Source: Eledone cirrhosa (Eukaryota). Taken from it: a stretch of 64,000 nucleotides of DNA. Of this stretch, positions 40,141 to 53,930 are shown piece after piece. The notes below the pieces were generated by a model. That model was not told where the DNA came from. It did no database searches and was given only the letters and a program-made list of their open reading frames with translations. The position numbers and the translations under genes are program-made. The stretch is from the NCBI GenBank assembly GCA_964016885.1, contig OZ024741.1, positions 193,378,001 through 193,442,000 on the forward strand, in the 5' to 3' direction. Within the stretch, counting starts at the first letter, position 1; each line of letters starts with the position of its first letter.

Positions 40141-40384
40141 GGTCCTATTATGATCTACAATTAACAATGTTCTGCAGATAATGTGGTATCTATTGTAGTA
40201 TAACGCAGCTAACTTTCCCAGGTGGTGTGTTAACTATTATGGTCTATCCCAGATAATATTCTCCTGATGGCATCTGTGTGTACATCAGATGTAACGTTTC
40301 TAAATGGTCAGATACTTGTTGAGATCTGTTACAGGTAACATATACAAATGGTGTGGTACCTGTTACGATCAATCAAGCAGTGTT

Positions 40385-40645
40385 ACTGCCTAACAACTAA
40401 TATGTGACGTTACAACAAGGGATGTGACTTAACAACTAATCTTGAACGTCACAAACAGGATGTGACCTAACAACTATTCTGTGACTAATCTGTGAACTAA
40501 TAACTAATTTATAACGTAACAACAAGAGATGTGACCTGATAACTATTCTGTGACTCTACAATATAGGATGTGACTTAACAACTAATCTGTGATGTCACAA
40601 AAATGGGTGACCTAACAACCGTTTTCTGTGACCCGATAACTAGTG
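40385..40645. repeat. Diverged minisatellite, unit roughly 37 bp
   Basis: Recurring GATGTGAC(T/C)TAACAACTA(A/T)TCTGTGA. Confidence 0.75.
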
Positions 40646-41379
40646 TCTGTTGTTAGTTCAAGTTTAGATGTGGAGAATATTTAGCTATGGAATCATAATT
40701 ATAATTACAACACAGAGAACCACGTACCACATACAATCACTAAAACATACACAGACGCACACGCATAAACACTCACACACAGATGAAGGAATGCAACAAC
40801 AAATTTCACGTGGACATACTCATTCAATTATAAACAGATACGTACACAGAGAAAGACCTTCATTTGCACACATATACACACACACTTAGATACAAACACA
40901 CTCAAACATGCACGCACTTATACACTCATGCAAACACGCGTACACACGCATGCAAATACAGACGCACACTCACACGTGGGTATAGACACACTCAGATACA
41001 CACACACTCACTCAGATATAAACACACACTCTCACATAAACACAAGCATACATACACATATATATACACACTCACTCAGATACAAACCCAGACATGAGCA
41101 TAACACACACTTAGCACACATACTAAAACACAATCATACAAAAGTACACATACTCGAACATATAGAAATTTAATATATTGCTGTATCGCATGAAATATGT
41201 TTCTACTTTGTGGCAAAAAAGAGGTTTAGTTACGCTGTTAGTTATTTATCTGCTGATATATTGTGTGTCTGATGAAAGAGTTTATCTCCAAATAAATGTT
41301 TATAGTCAGATCTATTATTACGTTGCCATTTATCTTTCTTGGCCGTTTCCAACGTAACTGCGCCGAATCATAAAGACAA

Positions 41380-41750
41380 GACTCTACACCGTACAACCAA
41401 GTTTACAGAGTCAGCGAGTCAGCAAAGGAAAATTTCTACACGGCGTTAGCAAAAGAAAGACTCTACTACACGTAGTAAACAAAGATAAGACTCTACACGT
41501 TGTCAGAAAAGGTGAACCTCTACACGGAGTCGGCAATGTTGAACCTCTACAGGGAGTCACCACAGGAAATATCGACACAGACTTAGTAAGGGGAGGCTCT
41601 AATCTCTACAGAGCTTTAGTGAGGAATTATTCTACAACCAGTGGGTTAATTTCCTAGCCTCCACGCTGAGTCAGTGGAGGAAAGCACTAAAATCTACTCA
41701 GAGCCAGTGGGGGAAGAGTCTAGCCTTTACATTGCTTTAGGCAGAAAAGA
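41380..41750. repeat. Diverged minisatellite, unit roughly 30 bp
   Basis: Recurring CTCTACAC..AGTCAG..AAAG motifs. Confidence 0.55.
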
Positions 41751-42533
41751 CTACGGAATCATTCGAAATTTCCTTTAAATCTCACGCTATACTCTTTGAA
41801 GAAAGGCCACAGCAGACAGTGGGTCTGGATAAAAGAAAACAAAGTGGTTATTCACGCTCGGAACATATTTGGCTATAGGGCCATTGAATCAGTGCTTACC
41901 TGGGTCTAAACAACGAGAAAAATAAGAAATGACATATTAGAGAGTGTAGTCCTTTAAATTGCATTGTCTGAAAAATAACCTATCTAAAAAAGTTGAATCA
42001 GGGCTACCACTGGTCCAACAATTATAGATAATTTATATCCCATACAACAACAATTACAACAACAGCAACATAGCCAAATAACTACACTGAAATCTACATT
42101 TGATTTCGTTGTGCCGTTGAAATAATTTTAGTATCGGAGATAATTGCTTCGGTATTGATTGCATGTTTTTATAGCTTCAGAAAGAGTGAGAAATTGCTAT
42201 AATAGATAGAATGTTTAATATCTCCTCCATGTAACACTATATCATTTATAAAACTGGATGAGGGAACTGAATTCCACAGCGGAAGATGAGAAAGATAGAA
42301 TGAAAAAATATATAACAAAAATATATCATAAAAGAATATTTAACAACAATATATAACAAAATCTATGTAAAATTATATATATAATAAAAGACAAGAAAGG
42401 AAAACGTGCAACGTTTTTCTCTTAATTAATTATTTTCAATTGTTCCGCCATTTTAGAAATTAAGATATTTAAATAACTTTCTTTTTACTTAACCTCTTAC
42501 CATTACAACATTTCTTTCTTCTTCTTCTTCTTC

Positions 42534-42577
<44 letters not shown>

Positions 42578-42580
42578 GTT

Positions 42581-43814
42581 GTTGGTGAAGCCACGCTTCT
42601 TATCGCCTCCAGTTTTTTTTCAACAGTATACCTCGTTTTCAACCGTTCTAAACCTTTTATTCAAGTTTTAAATTTGATAAAAGTTTAGAAGAAGTGACCC
42701 ACCTAATACAGGGGTTCACTCGTAAATAATAGGGCACCCCTTTACGGGGTGTCGTATTTGTGTAAAAATATTTTTTGAAAAAAAAGATTTTTCAACATGG
42801 ATAACACAAGAAAGAGAGAGAGCACTGTCAGACAACACAGAGAGAGGGATACTTTAACAGCATGTCAACAAGACAACGGAGGTAAATATAAACGAAAATA
42901 TTACGAAGGAAAAGAGGAACAATATCATTTTTAATGATATTGTTACAGATTTAAAATTACCAAATATTTCTAACATAAACAACATCAACAAGAACACCAA
43001 CAACAACACCATCAATAACAACAGCAACAACAAAAATAACAGCGGTAAAGTGGAGAACGACAATAACAATGACAATAACAATAGCCACAACAACAATAAT
43101 AGTAGGAACAGTATCAACAAAAACAACAATAATAACAACATCCACAATAACAGTAACAACAGCAACAACAGTACCAACGAAAACATCAACAATGACATCG
43201 ATACCTGTAACAGCGATCTCAGCACCACCAGTAAGACCAGTAGCGGCAGCAATAGTGGTGCTGCTGGAAAAGGGACCACTTCTTTTGCAGGTGTCGCTCG
43301 AAATGTCGAAACAGTGTTAGTCACGGAGGAGGAGATGGCAGTCGCAAGGGCCATGGTGACAAGAAGTGCCAATAGAGTCTCCCTGAAACCTCCACCCGAT
43401 TTTTTCAAGGAAAATCAGGGTGGAGAGGCAAGTGCTGCCTTCTAGCAAGTTTGTTGGAAAGGTGGGTGAATGTAGCGAGAATGGTCCGAGTAAATATACG
43501 TCTGTAGTTTGAGGGATGGAAAAATTGAGAGAGGGCGCTTGCCCTGGTGGTCAGGGTGGCCGTGGTCTTTTGTGTTGTTTTCGCCACGAGTAACCCTCGG
43601 ATGTTCTCCCCCCCCCCCTTATTGGGGAAGTTTTCCTTGTTTCAATTTTCATTTTTATTGTTTATATATATATATGTTTCTGTCTTTTTTTCTTTTTTTC
43701 TTTTCTTATATAAATAATAAAAAAATCTTTACACGCACAAAACCCACATCGTACCGTCCTGTGCCGTCTGTAATGATTTTCTTGATGTCAGCCCTTGTGG
43801 CCAATAAAGAAATC
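42581..43814 (+). mobile_element. 1234-bp internally deleted Tx1-like element D with both termini
   Basis: 5' end same as copy A (GTTGGTGAAGCC); joins near 43410 to the C-type ORF2 end and 3' UTR; (ATT)n on both sides. Confidence 0.92.
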
Positions 43815-43842
43815 ATTATTATTATTATTATTATTGTAATTA

Positions 43843-43987
43843 CTCTTTGAGTCTCAGTCATTGATGTTAGTTAACTGGAAAGTTTGTTGAAATGAATATC
43901 AAGCCACTACCTGCAGCCTCAGATATTCAGGACGTATCGGAGGGTTCTTGCTGTTCCCAGCAAGCATGCCTTTTGAAGCGTTCCAAA

Positions 43988-44056
<69 letters not shown>

Positions 44057-44790
44057 GTTCTTTGAGTCTCAGACATTGATGTTAGTTAACTGGAAAGTTT
44101 ATTGAAATGAATATCAAGCCACTACCTGTAGCCTCAGATATTCAGGGCGTATCGGAGGGTTCTTGCTGTTCCCAGCAAGCATGCCTTTTGAAGTGTTCCA
44201 AAAAGCGGGGCGAGGCCAATTTTCTTTAACCATCCTTGGAAACACATTGAGATAGTACCTAGTGCGCCTATGACAATCGGGACCACTTTGACTTCATGGC
44301 AGTTCCAAATCCTTTTTACCTCCCACTTTAAGTCCTGGTATCGATTAATTTTCTCCCTCTCCTTCTCTTGCACTCTCGTGTCGAATGGGCAGGCCACGTT
44401 ATTATTAAGTCACGTATTTGTGTAGGTTGTTTTTCTCCATCTGAACACAGTCCTCTATGCTGATAAGACCTCTTCCGCCTTCAGATCAACATCACTCCTT
44501 TTGTGGAACATGTTGTAGATAGTCAATAGCTTCTTAGTCTCCCTATCCATTTCTTTTTGTTCAGCAATATTCCATCTCAGAATTCCCGCACTGTACCTAA
44601 TAATAGACACAGCTCGGGAATTTACTGCACTTATGGCATTCCTACTGTTCAGATGTGACTTTAATACGCTCCTTACTCTCCGAATGTATTCAGATCTTAT
44701 CAATTCCTTCATTTTTTTTTTTGTTCTTGATGTCATCTGCCTCCAGAACACCTAAATATTTGTATCGCTCTTCAGCATCAATTACATTTA
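43843..44790 (-). mobile_element. Two tandem Dong/R4-type 3' fragments (43843-43990 and 44058-44790) separated by (TTA)n
   Basis: YKYLGVLEADDI, YIRRVRSVLKSHLN, EKINRYQDL, VPIVIGALG, LQKACLLGTA; duplicated 3' UTR. Confidence 0.88.
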
Positions 44791-44816
44791 TCATTATTAT
44801 TATTATTATTATTATT

Positions 44817-45064
44817 GTTGTAGGAGGAAAACTGGAAGAGGGCATTTTCCCTAGCGGTCTGGGTAACCGTGGCTTTTCTTGTGGGCTCCCTCTCCACGAG
44901 CACTCCTCGGGGGTTTCCCCACTTTTGGGAATTTGTCATTGTTTCCTTTTGTTTTTGATTTTGTTTTTATACACGCAGAAATGCCCATTTGTACTGTCCT
45001 GTATTGTCCTGTACTGTCCTTAATGTTATACTTTGTGTCAACCCTTGTGGTTAATAAAGAAAGC
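44817..45064 (+). mobile_element. Tx1-like 3' UTR fragment E
   Basis: Ends AACCCTTGTGGTTAATAAAGAAAGC then ATTATT; (ATT)n upstream. Confidence 0.85.
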
Positions 45065-45169
45065 ATTATTATTTATTATTGTTATTGGTCTGATCGAACG
45101 TCTTTTTGTTCGCTTTCGTAAGTCTCTTTATTTACCTGTCATGAATTATTTATTGTTAAATTTTTATCG

Positions 45170-47062
45170 ATGTGTAAGGGATATAAGCCCTTGGACTCTG
45201 CAGGTACAGAAGTTGGGGAGAGAGAACTGGTCCGGTATTGGAATGGAGATGCTCATCCAAACCGACCAGGACTGCATCAACGCTATTCCTGACGTAATAA
45301 ACCTCGGGAGTGGCTCCCAACTTCCCATATCTGTGGAAGGAAGGTGCCAAAGTGCTTCAATTGTAGTTCGAAGTCTCACCTCAAGGCCTTCTACCCACAG
45401 AAAATAAGAAAGGCGAAGGTCCCCCTCCTTCCAACACCGGAACCGTTGCCACCAGAAACAGAACAGTCAGCAAAAAAATCGGGAGTTTCTACAGAGAGTA
45501 GGAGGACATCGTCCGTGGCACCCACACCAAAGCCACGGACAACAAAAACAGTGGCGGCACCTGCAGCAACGGAAACAGTTGCATTAGCTGCACCTGTGCC
45601 AAGACCAGGCTTCAGCACCAACAACAACAAAGACAAATGAGAGGGTAGAACTCATACCCCTCCCCGACCTCTCGCAGACGGACATGGAGTATGAGGCGGC
45701 TGAGGAGTGGAAAACGGTTGTCAACAAAAAAAAAAAACAAATGCATAAACACCACAACTTCTCGCTCCAAAGGCGAAGGCAAAAAAAGAGAGGTAAAGGC
45801 TGCAAGGAGACTTGCAGCAACAACACCACCATCACCATCTCTACCACAAGCATCATCACCGACAACAACCACACCAACACCAGCATCACCACAAACAGCA
45901 ACATCGCAAACACAAGAAAGTACACACACCCAACAGCAACAAAAGGAAAACAGCAACAAAATCAACCCCCCCCCCCCACACACACACACACACAAAAAAA
46001 AGTACACAGCCTTAAATATAACACACAAAGGATTAATGGAACATATAAAACAACACACAGACATTACAGACTTAAATTACCACACCCTATGAACACCAAG
46101 AACATTACCCAAAAACATTACAATTGTCGAAATTAAAATGGAAGACTATAAACAATTAGAGCAAAAATTCCCCAACGTAGTTGGGAATGTCAGAGGGTTA
46201 GTCTCCAAGAGAATCTATACAGATATTATCTTGGAGACACCCATGAATAGCCGAAGGGACGGTTCTACTGTCCCATCCCCACACGATCAATGTAAGTGAT
46301 CTTTTCTCACTTACCCGTTCCTCACCCAGCATGGCCGTACTCAGAATAGGCAGTGTACGTGGCCTGGGATCATCTTGGAAGCAGGGTCACCTGCTCAACG
46401 ACCTCAGGTCACTAAACATAGGTGTGGTGGCCATCAGCGAGACCAGAATCTCCGAAGCACGAGCCTTCGCACCATCTTCGGCGGCTACGATGTATACGCA
46501 TCTCCCAGTCGTCCAGAATCGGGGGGCGGAGTTGCTGTGCTTTTTCGGAGAGGCTTGGATCTCGCCATACGGGCCATCTTCCTGGACCCAGAAAGTAAGT
46601 CGGTGGTGCTGGACGTGACCGGCAGCGAAGGCAATGCTTTCAGGCTGGTAGCCGTCTACGCCCCAACAGGGGCAGGACGGCCAGATTTTTTCAGACGTCT
46701 AGAGACCTTTCTTGGAACGTCCCGCTCTTTAGTGTTTGTGGGCGACTGGAACGGTATCTTAGATGCACGCTGGGATTATGTGGGGCTAGTAGACAGGGGA
46801 GGAGGGTGTAAAAGCCTCAACAACCTGCTCAGACGTTTTGAACTGTCTGACTGAATTATCCGAATGTTCCGATGTGGACATGGGCAAACCGCATCGGGTC
46901 ATTAAGATCGTATTTAGATAGGGTATTTTGTAGGGAAACAGATAAGGCTAGTGTAGGTTGTCCACAATTTAAAGTAGTAGACTACACAGACCACAAATTT
47001 GCGATCTGTGAAGTTGACTTAGATAGACTCCATAGGCAGGGCCCGGTTACTGGAAGCTGAAC
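45170..47062 (+). mobile_element. Tx1-like fragment F (ORF1 with CCHC-like knuckle + APE)
   Basis: ENWSGIGME, CFNCSSKSHLKAF, ISETR, AVYAP, GDWN, TDHK. Confidence 0.9.
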
Positions 47063-47527
47063 CCCTTTAAGATAGAACAACCAACAAAACAAGCGTTTAT
47101 CAAATGTCTCCTCATCCCTAGCCCATAAATATCATACATGCATCCAGCAATTAATCTCTAATTTATTGTCTCTTTTATCGGACCCTCTACACGTATCTAT
47201 GTACATCTCGAATCTAGTTTCCCACCAACGAATCCTTATAAGAACACTTACTCAAAAATTACTACTATGTACTTACACGCTTTCACCTATTTATTTGTTT
47301 ATCTCTTTATATTTTCCATTCTCTCATTTTCTTACTTTTAAAGTACCCTATCTTATGTTTTACTTTTACTTTTTACATCTGTAACTTCTCTACCTATTTA
47401 ACATACATGTATTATTATTGATGTTATTGTTGAGATTATACGCTATTTTATTATTGATGTTATTGTTTTGATTATACGCTATTTTCCTATATAAGTCTTG
47501 CCTCGAGTGAATTAATTTCATATCTAC

Positions 47528-47638
47528 GTACTCTGATGTGTTGACCAGAGGTGAATAATGTATTGGAGATCGAATAACGCAACCTCGAGCGATTAGCGAA
47601 CTCTAGACCCACATGATCAACGAAACAATTGTCAGTAC
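47528..47638 (+). ncRNA. Type I hammerhead motif with one core lesion
   Basis: GTACT-CTGATG(T)-GTTGA..TCAAC-GAAA-CAATTG (palindrome)-TC-AGTAC, then AATAAA; A9 missing. Confidence 0.65.
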
Positions 47639-47697
47639 TTTAAATAAAGCCCATATTGTACAGCCAACCATGTTAATCTTCATTCTTTAACTATATA

Positions 47698-48583
47698 CGA
47701 GGTGTGTCAGAAAAGTTCCAGGACTTATGTCACAAAATATTTATTTCAAACCCAAACTTCACACTAAGAGTTTTCTCCTTCAAAGTAATCCCCCTGGAGT
47801 CTAATGCACTTTTCCATCCTTTTCTGCCACGCTTGCATGCACTCCTAGAAGGATTCTTCCGGGATCCTCCGCAGTTCCGTCGCCACGGCCATTTTGATGT
47901 CGTCCACGTCTTCAAAACGGGTCCCCTCCGGGTCGTACTCAAAGATCCACGATTCATCACCCGTGATGAGTGTCCCTAGCAAGTCTGGTTCGGTTTCAAG
48001 ACGTTCGACGATGTCCTGGCACACTTGCATACGTCGACCCTTCTGGTCATCGTTCAGCAGTTTTGGCACCATCTTCGCGCAGACTTTCCGCATGTCCAAA
48101 TCTTCAGTGAGAATCTTCCAGACGCTGTCCCGATTCATGCCCAGCTCATTTGCCATCAGTCGAACAGTCAGTCGACGATCGCTACGCACCATCTGCCTGA
48201 CGTGCTCAACGTTGACCTCAGTCCTGGTTGTTGAGGGCCTTCCGTTCCTGGGGTAATCTTGCACTACTCAAAAACACGTGAGCGTGACATCGTCTCATCT
48301 CCATACACTTGCTGTAGCAATCCCAGTGCTTCTGACGGAGTTTTCCCCAACCGTACCAGAAACGTCAAGTTTGTTCGTTGCTCTGTGCTCATTGCTTGAC
48401 GACCTGAAACAGAGGACATGTATATAAAATTATGAAGAAAAAAGTTTGATCGCTGCAGAGAACAAAGATTACAGTTACATACTCCAGGGAGTTTACTTTG
48501 AAGGAGAAAACTCTTAGTGTGACGTTTGGGTTTGAAATAAATCTTTTGTGACATCAGTCCTGGAACTTTTCTGACACACCTCA
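47698..48583 (-). mobile_element. Internally deleted mariner transposon, TIRs about 105 bp, TA TSD
   Basis: EQRTNLTFLVRLGK HTH, KMVPKLL, ITGDESWIFEYDPE fused to GTRFEDV (most of the catalytic domain lost). Confidence 0.93.
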
Positions 48584-48690
48584 TATATTGGGTTGTAACA
48601 TAAATTCCCGCCGTTTTTTTCTTAAGAGCATGTACGTGTGCATGTGCGCACGTGTGTGCATATATATATATTTATATATATATATATATA

Positions 48691-48769
48691 TTGGGTTGTA
48701 ACATAAATTACCGCCGTTGTTATAACACTTCTTAAGAAAAAAACGGCGGGAATTTATGTTACAACCCAA
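48691..48769. mobile_element. 79-bp mariner-type mini-MITE
   Basis: 28-bp TIRs TTGGGTTGTAACATAAATT(A/C)CCGCCGTT; TA on both sides. Confidence 0.85.
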
Positions 48770-49031
48770 TATATATATAAATATATATATATATGCACAC
48801 ACGTGCGCACATGCACACGTACATGCTCTATATACAAAACGATATTTTTCCTTTTCAGATAGAGGCGTTCGATCACCGTGTTTTGATCAACTTATACGAC
48901 AACACCAGAATCAACAGTTTTCCAAGCGCTGGTGATTGAATGAACTTGTTTTTTCTCAAAAAACATTTTTTCTTTCCTCCTATTGACCACTCTACTTTAT
49001 CTTTCTATTTCTTCCTTGATTTCTCATTCTA

Positions 49032-49068
49032 TTTTCTGATGAAGGACTAGCGTCCGAAACGTTAAGAC
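49032..49068 (+). ncRNA. Minimal PLE-type hammerhead motif
   Basis: CTGATGA-A-GGAC TAGC GTCC-GAAACGTTA; weak stem I. Confidence 0.65.
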
Positions 49069-49193
49069 CCTTTTCCTACCATATCAAGCGTAAAGCTAAT
49101 AATATATTTTTTCCTTGTACTGTGTCGTTTGTTTCGTTGTTTCTATTTACATTTTGCATACACACACGCACACGCACACACACACATATATAT

Positions 49194-49288
<95 letters not shown>

Positions 49289-49868
49289 CGCGTGTGTGTA
49301 TGCAAAATGTATATATGGGGGGGGGGGTGAGAGAATAAAAATTGACAAACACATACAAAATCAGTTTGTGTTATTAGATTCACGTTTTAGATTAAAAAAA
49401 TAGAAAAGTAATTCAACGTGTTGTCCGTTAGTCCTTTATCAGGAGAATGCAAGTAGATAGATTAGAAAATTTAAAAAAATAGAAAAAGGGGTACATATTA
49501 GTGAGTGTGTGTTGTTTTTAATCTTTTGTATATATCACTGTTTATATAAGTGGAATGGTCTATACATTGTTTGAGATGGTATCTACGGGTGCATGGCTGT
49601 ATGTAACATTGTCTTTGAGTGTTGTGTCTGTGTATGTATCAAATATAGAAGAAATTATTAGTGACAAATGTGTATTTATTCATTAAAAAAAACTGACTCC
49701 AAGGTGGTCAGCTGAAGTTGAAATAAACCCCAAAAAAATCAGTTGAATTGTTATAGCAACAACACTATACAGCACTACATGAGAAATGTGTTTATATGTG
49801 CTGATATGTGCGTGAGTGTGTGTGTGTGTGTGCATGTGTGTGTGCGTGCGCTTGTGCGTGTTTGTGTT

Positions 49869-49956
<88 letters not shown>

Positions 49957-50179
49957 CGTGTGTGTGTGTGTGCGCTTGTGCGTGTTTGTGTGTGGGTGTG
50001 TGTGTGTGTGTACATTTCAACGTGTCTGTTTATTAATAAGTGTATTAGTTTGTTTTTGTGTGTGCGTAATGTATCTAATTGTGTGTGAGTATTTCCGTGC
50101 GCGTGGATGAAGGAGGGTACGGAAATACTCACACACAAGTGTGATGCATTGGGTAGGAAAGGTTAGAGGAAGAGAGGCG

Positions 50180-50490
50180 GCATATTAAGGCGTAATTGTA
50201 TGTAGAAAATAAATAAGCCTCTGTTTCTTATAATGGTGCGTGTCTGGGGATCTGGTGCAGGAAACGAACCTGAATACAATAAACTGGCGTATGAAAGGAC
50301 CTACAGTGCAGAAATATCGGGCCACAGAGGATGGGTTGCCGACCCGGATGTTCAGCGAATCTGTCGGCCAGTCTGACCAATGTATATGGCCTCGCATAGT
50401 ATGCACCGGAACCTATAGATGAGGCTTGTAGAAGTCAACTGAAAGAGTCCCTAACATGAAAGATACGACCGTTAGGTCCGATGACAGTGG
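50180..50490 (-). mobile_element. GIY-YIG endonuclease remnant of a different (Neptune-like) PLE
   Basis: Minus strand reads GPNGRIFHVRDSFS..TSLIYRFRCILCEAIYIGQTGR..FAEH. Confidence 0.75.
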
Positions 50491-50494
50491 AGAT

Positions 50495-52800
50495 TGTTAT
50501 ACTTTGGGAGGGTCATATTGACAATAAAAACACGCGCTCCTGCTGGATTTAATTAAACTTATAAATTTCCGGTTGGTTGGTTGGTTCGATAACAGGATGG
50601 TTGTTTATATATTGTCAAAGCTCTTTCGTCACACATTATGTGACCTCCTCAGTGACTATGTTTTTGTGTGTCTCTCCTTAGTTCTGTCCTACACCATTTT
50701 GTTTTTGTGTGTTGTGTGTTGTGTGTTGTGTGTTGTGTGTTGTGTGTTGTGTGCTTGGTTTGCACATGCATTACATCTGGGTGTGCGTGTGTGTTTTTTT
50801 TATTTATTTATTTATTTATTTATGTGTTTATTTACTTGTCACTAGTTCGTTGTTTGTTCTATCTGTGTGTCTGATTTGTTTTGTTAGTTTGATTTTTGTG
50901 TGTATGTCTTCATTTTTTGTGTATGTTTTCATTTTGTCCTTAATTACTAATTGTGATGTTACTATTCCACTCATGTTTTCTGTTTAATTTTGGTTGAAGT
51001 TCTTTTATGTTTGTCACCTCTGTAATTTGTCTGAGCATTGCGTCGTTCTTGTGTGGGGGTATCATTTTTATCTCTATGTTCTCTAATATGTTCTATTTTC
51101 GCATGTTGTTGGAGTACTGATGAGTTTTTCCCATCCTGGAGTTCTCGCCAGTGTTCACTTATCCTTTCTCCTATGCTACGGGTTGTTTCACTTATGTATG
51201 TTGTGTTCTTATTCCTACACTGTCCCTCAGTACATCTTATGCTATATACTACATTCCTATTTTGCAGTTAGTTTGTGGGTTTAGCTTGCAGACTATACAT
51301 TTCCTATCAGTGCAGGGGGATCTTTAAAACGGATACGTTTTACTAATTAGGGTTTTTATGAGAATACCCGATCTTCAACTATTTTAATATTCAATTTTAG
51401 CTTGTCTAGAGCCCTTCTAAATCTGGGGTTACATTGACGAACATTACACTCTGGTATTTATTGCTATCATACCATGAGTTGATTTTATTTGTCCGTTTCT
51501 TAATCCTTTCTATTCTATTCCGAAATTTACTCCTATACATAGGGCAAGTCCCATTTGCATCATTTTCGACAATCTTTGCCTAATTGGTCCTGGCTCCTTT
51601 ATATACCCTCATCCTGTCTCTCTGATTCTAGCCATGCGGCGGATGAAGTGTTGTATGTGTCTATCTAATTCTTTAGGATTGCACATACGGGACACGTTCC
51701 TTCATTACTCTTACTACGTCCACAATCAGTATGTTGATTTTCATGTTATCTGAAACGGCTCGTTTCGATGGATCAGATACTTGGAGGTCATGGGTTTGGC
51801 ATAATACGAATGGAGGATTTGTGTCCTATTATTAATAGTTTCTAACCAGAGTTCTGTGTCTAGTACAGGTAATCTATGGTTAGGGTGTTTGGTTAGGTAG
51901 TCTATAGTAACTTTAATACTCTGCTGGATGGAGTTAGCTATTTGCTGGATGCTTTCCATGGTGTTACTCTCTAATTCCTGACCGTTCTCCTGTGGGGTTA
52001 TTTTCACTACGATGTTTATGTCATCTATTTAGCGAAAGTACATAGTCAGGGTTATAAAATTGTCATCTAAGCGTTTCTTAAGTCTTCTATTACACCATAC
52101 CATAAAGAGATTACTTGTGTCACCGGCAATACTGACGCCTATGGCTGGGTTAGTTTTATACTGGTCCCCACCGCATGTGCAAACATTTTCTTTAACACAT
52201 AGTTTTTCGGCGCTCCATCCTTCTGTGTTGGTCTTCTTGGCCATTGAGGTTATTGTAAGGGGTCTGTCTCTCTCTGGCCTTGTGGCTGCTAAGGTCATGT
52301 TTGTCTAAATAATCCTTATTGTGTGTGAGTTTAAGTAGGTGTCCCAGCTCACTGGTATCAATCTCACAGAATTCCACATCGCTATCGCTGATCATTTCTA
52401 CGCATTTTTTCACAACAGAACCAACGTCGATGGATGGGTGTAGGGACACTACATACATACTACCTATTGTACAGCCCGTCAGGTCCCCAAACAGGTTTGA
52501 TTCGTTGATTCTTCTGAGGAGGTCCTCCGTACTGTCGCATATGTTTGGGGACTTTTCGATTATAGGGATATGACTACTTCGAGACAGCATGGTATAGCAA
52601 GCCTCTTCGGACACTGGAACAATTCCTTTTGTCCTCCTTCCTCTGTTTCTCTCTATATCTTTATTATTAATATTAATATTGATGTGGTAATTTGAATTTG
52701 TAAATTTACCGTTACGCATATTTATTTTATTTTCTCTTGGTCTCTGACGAAATGATGGAGATAATATGTATTTTAAATTGAGTGACACTACCTTCTGTGT
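50495..52800 (-). mobile_element. Penelope-like element related to 33590-35395, decayed
   Basis: GSMYVVSLHPSID, AIGVSIAGDTSNLFM, IDDINIV, LPVLDTELW; GIY-YIG near 51000-51310; shared terminal sequence. Confidence 0.88.
50614..50656 (-). ncRNA. Minimal hammerhead motif in the PLE 3' end
   Basis: GTCA-CTGAGGA-G-GTCACA TAATG TGTGAC-GAAA-GAGC-TT-TGAC. Confidence 0.75.
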
Positions 52801-53063
52801 TTAGCAATTTTTAGACAACTCTATCATAGAAACAATTGTTAGACTCTGAATAAATTTACTTCTTTGTACTGTCGACCCTGTTATTCTTCAATTTTTCAAT
52901 TTTATTACTCCAAGATATACTTACACAGGAATACAAGTGAAGTCATAAACTCGTCATCCACGTAAACCTCTTGTTGAGTCTTACAACGCCGTACGCTTAA
53001 ACTATTCATGATAAGAAGTTTTCACAACCTCTAATCGGATTACCTTTAACGATATCTTGTTAT

Positions 53064-53155
<92 letters not shown>

Positions 53156-53236
53156 TAAATGTGAAGACTAAAATCCAAAGGGAGCTCGATAAGGATAAAT
53201 ATATATCAAATATATAAGAACATTAGAGCAAATATT

Positions 53237-53305
53237 TATTAAAATAACAGATTAATGTTTAAGCAAAGAATCGCTGCTTTCCCCCTTAACGGGATCTCTC
53301 TCTCA

Positions 53306-53351
<46 letters not shown>

Positions 53352-53930
53352 TATATATATATATATATCTACTATATATATCTATATATATCTACTATAT
53401 ATATATATATACTATATAAATTGGACGTTGTATATTGAAGTAAGTAAGTGTAGTCGGATAAACGTCGAAACGGCTTGGTGGAATGCAGCGAAAATTTACA
53501 CAGTTATGCAGAATGCCCCAAGAAGGCGTTGGGGCGACTTTTAGGGTACAAGCTTCTATGGTTACGGAGAAAATCGATGAAACAGGAATTTCCCATTCAA
53601 ATTGAACTGAGAGTAATCTGTGAACGTAGAAGTAAATATTTCGAGAAACGTTCCAACCGAACGAAAACAGGAAGACGATATTTTGGTTCGTGAAGACGTT
53701 CCCTGGCAATGAACGGAAAAAAAGCGAGGATAATACGTCGTTATGTGGACCGAGAAGAACAATTTCATGCAAAGACAAGACCAAGTTTATGGTATAAATG
53801 GATTCGTTAGACTAATATTCTATTTAAAATAACAGAATGATTTCCAGCCCCGGAGTTTAAGAATAATGTAAATAAAATTGAAAACGAAAATGACAGAGGT
53901 TATTAAAATAGTAAAAGTAAATAGTGAAGA
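53237..53930 (+). repeat. Unclassified non-coding interspersed repeat; second copy at 56985-57545
   Basis: Shared blocks, e.g. TTTAAGCAAAGAATCGCTGCTTTC and TTTGGTTCGTGAAGACGTTCCCTGGCAAT. Confidence 0.8.

Noticed and set aside
46292-46329. 38-nt GT-AG mini-intron joining ORF1 and ORF2
   Set aside because: The acceptor AG is present only in copy F, not in A, B or C.
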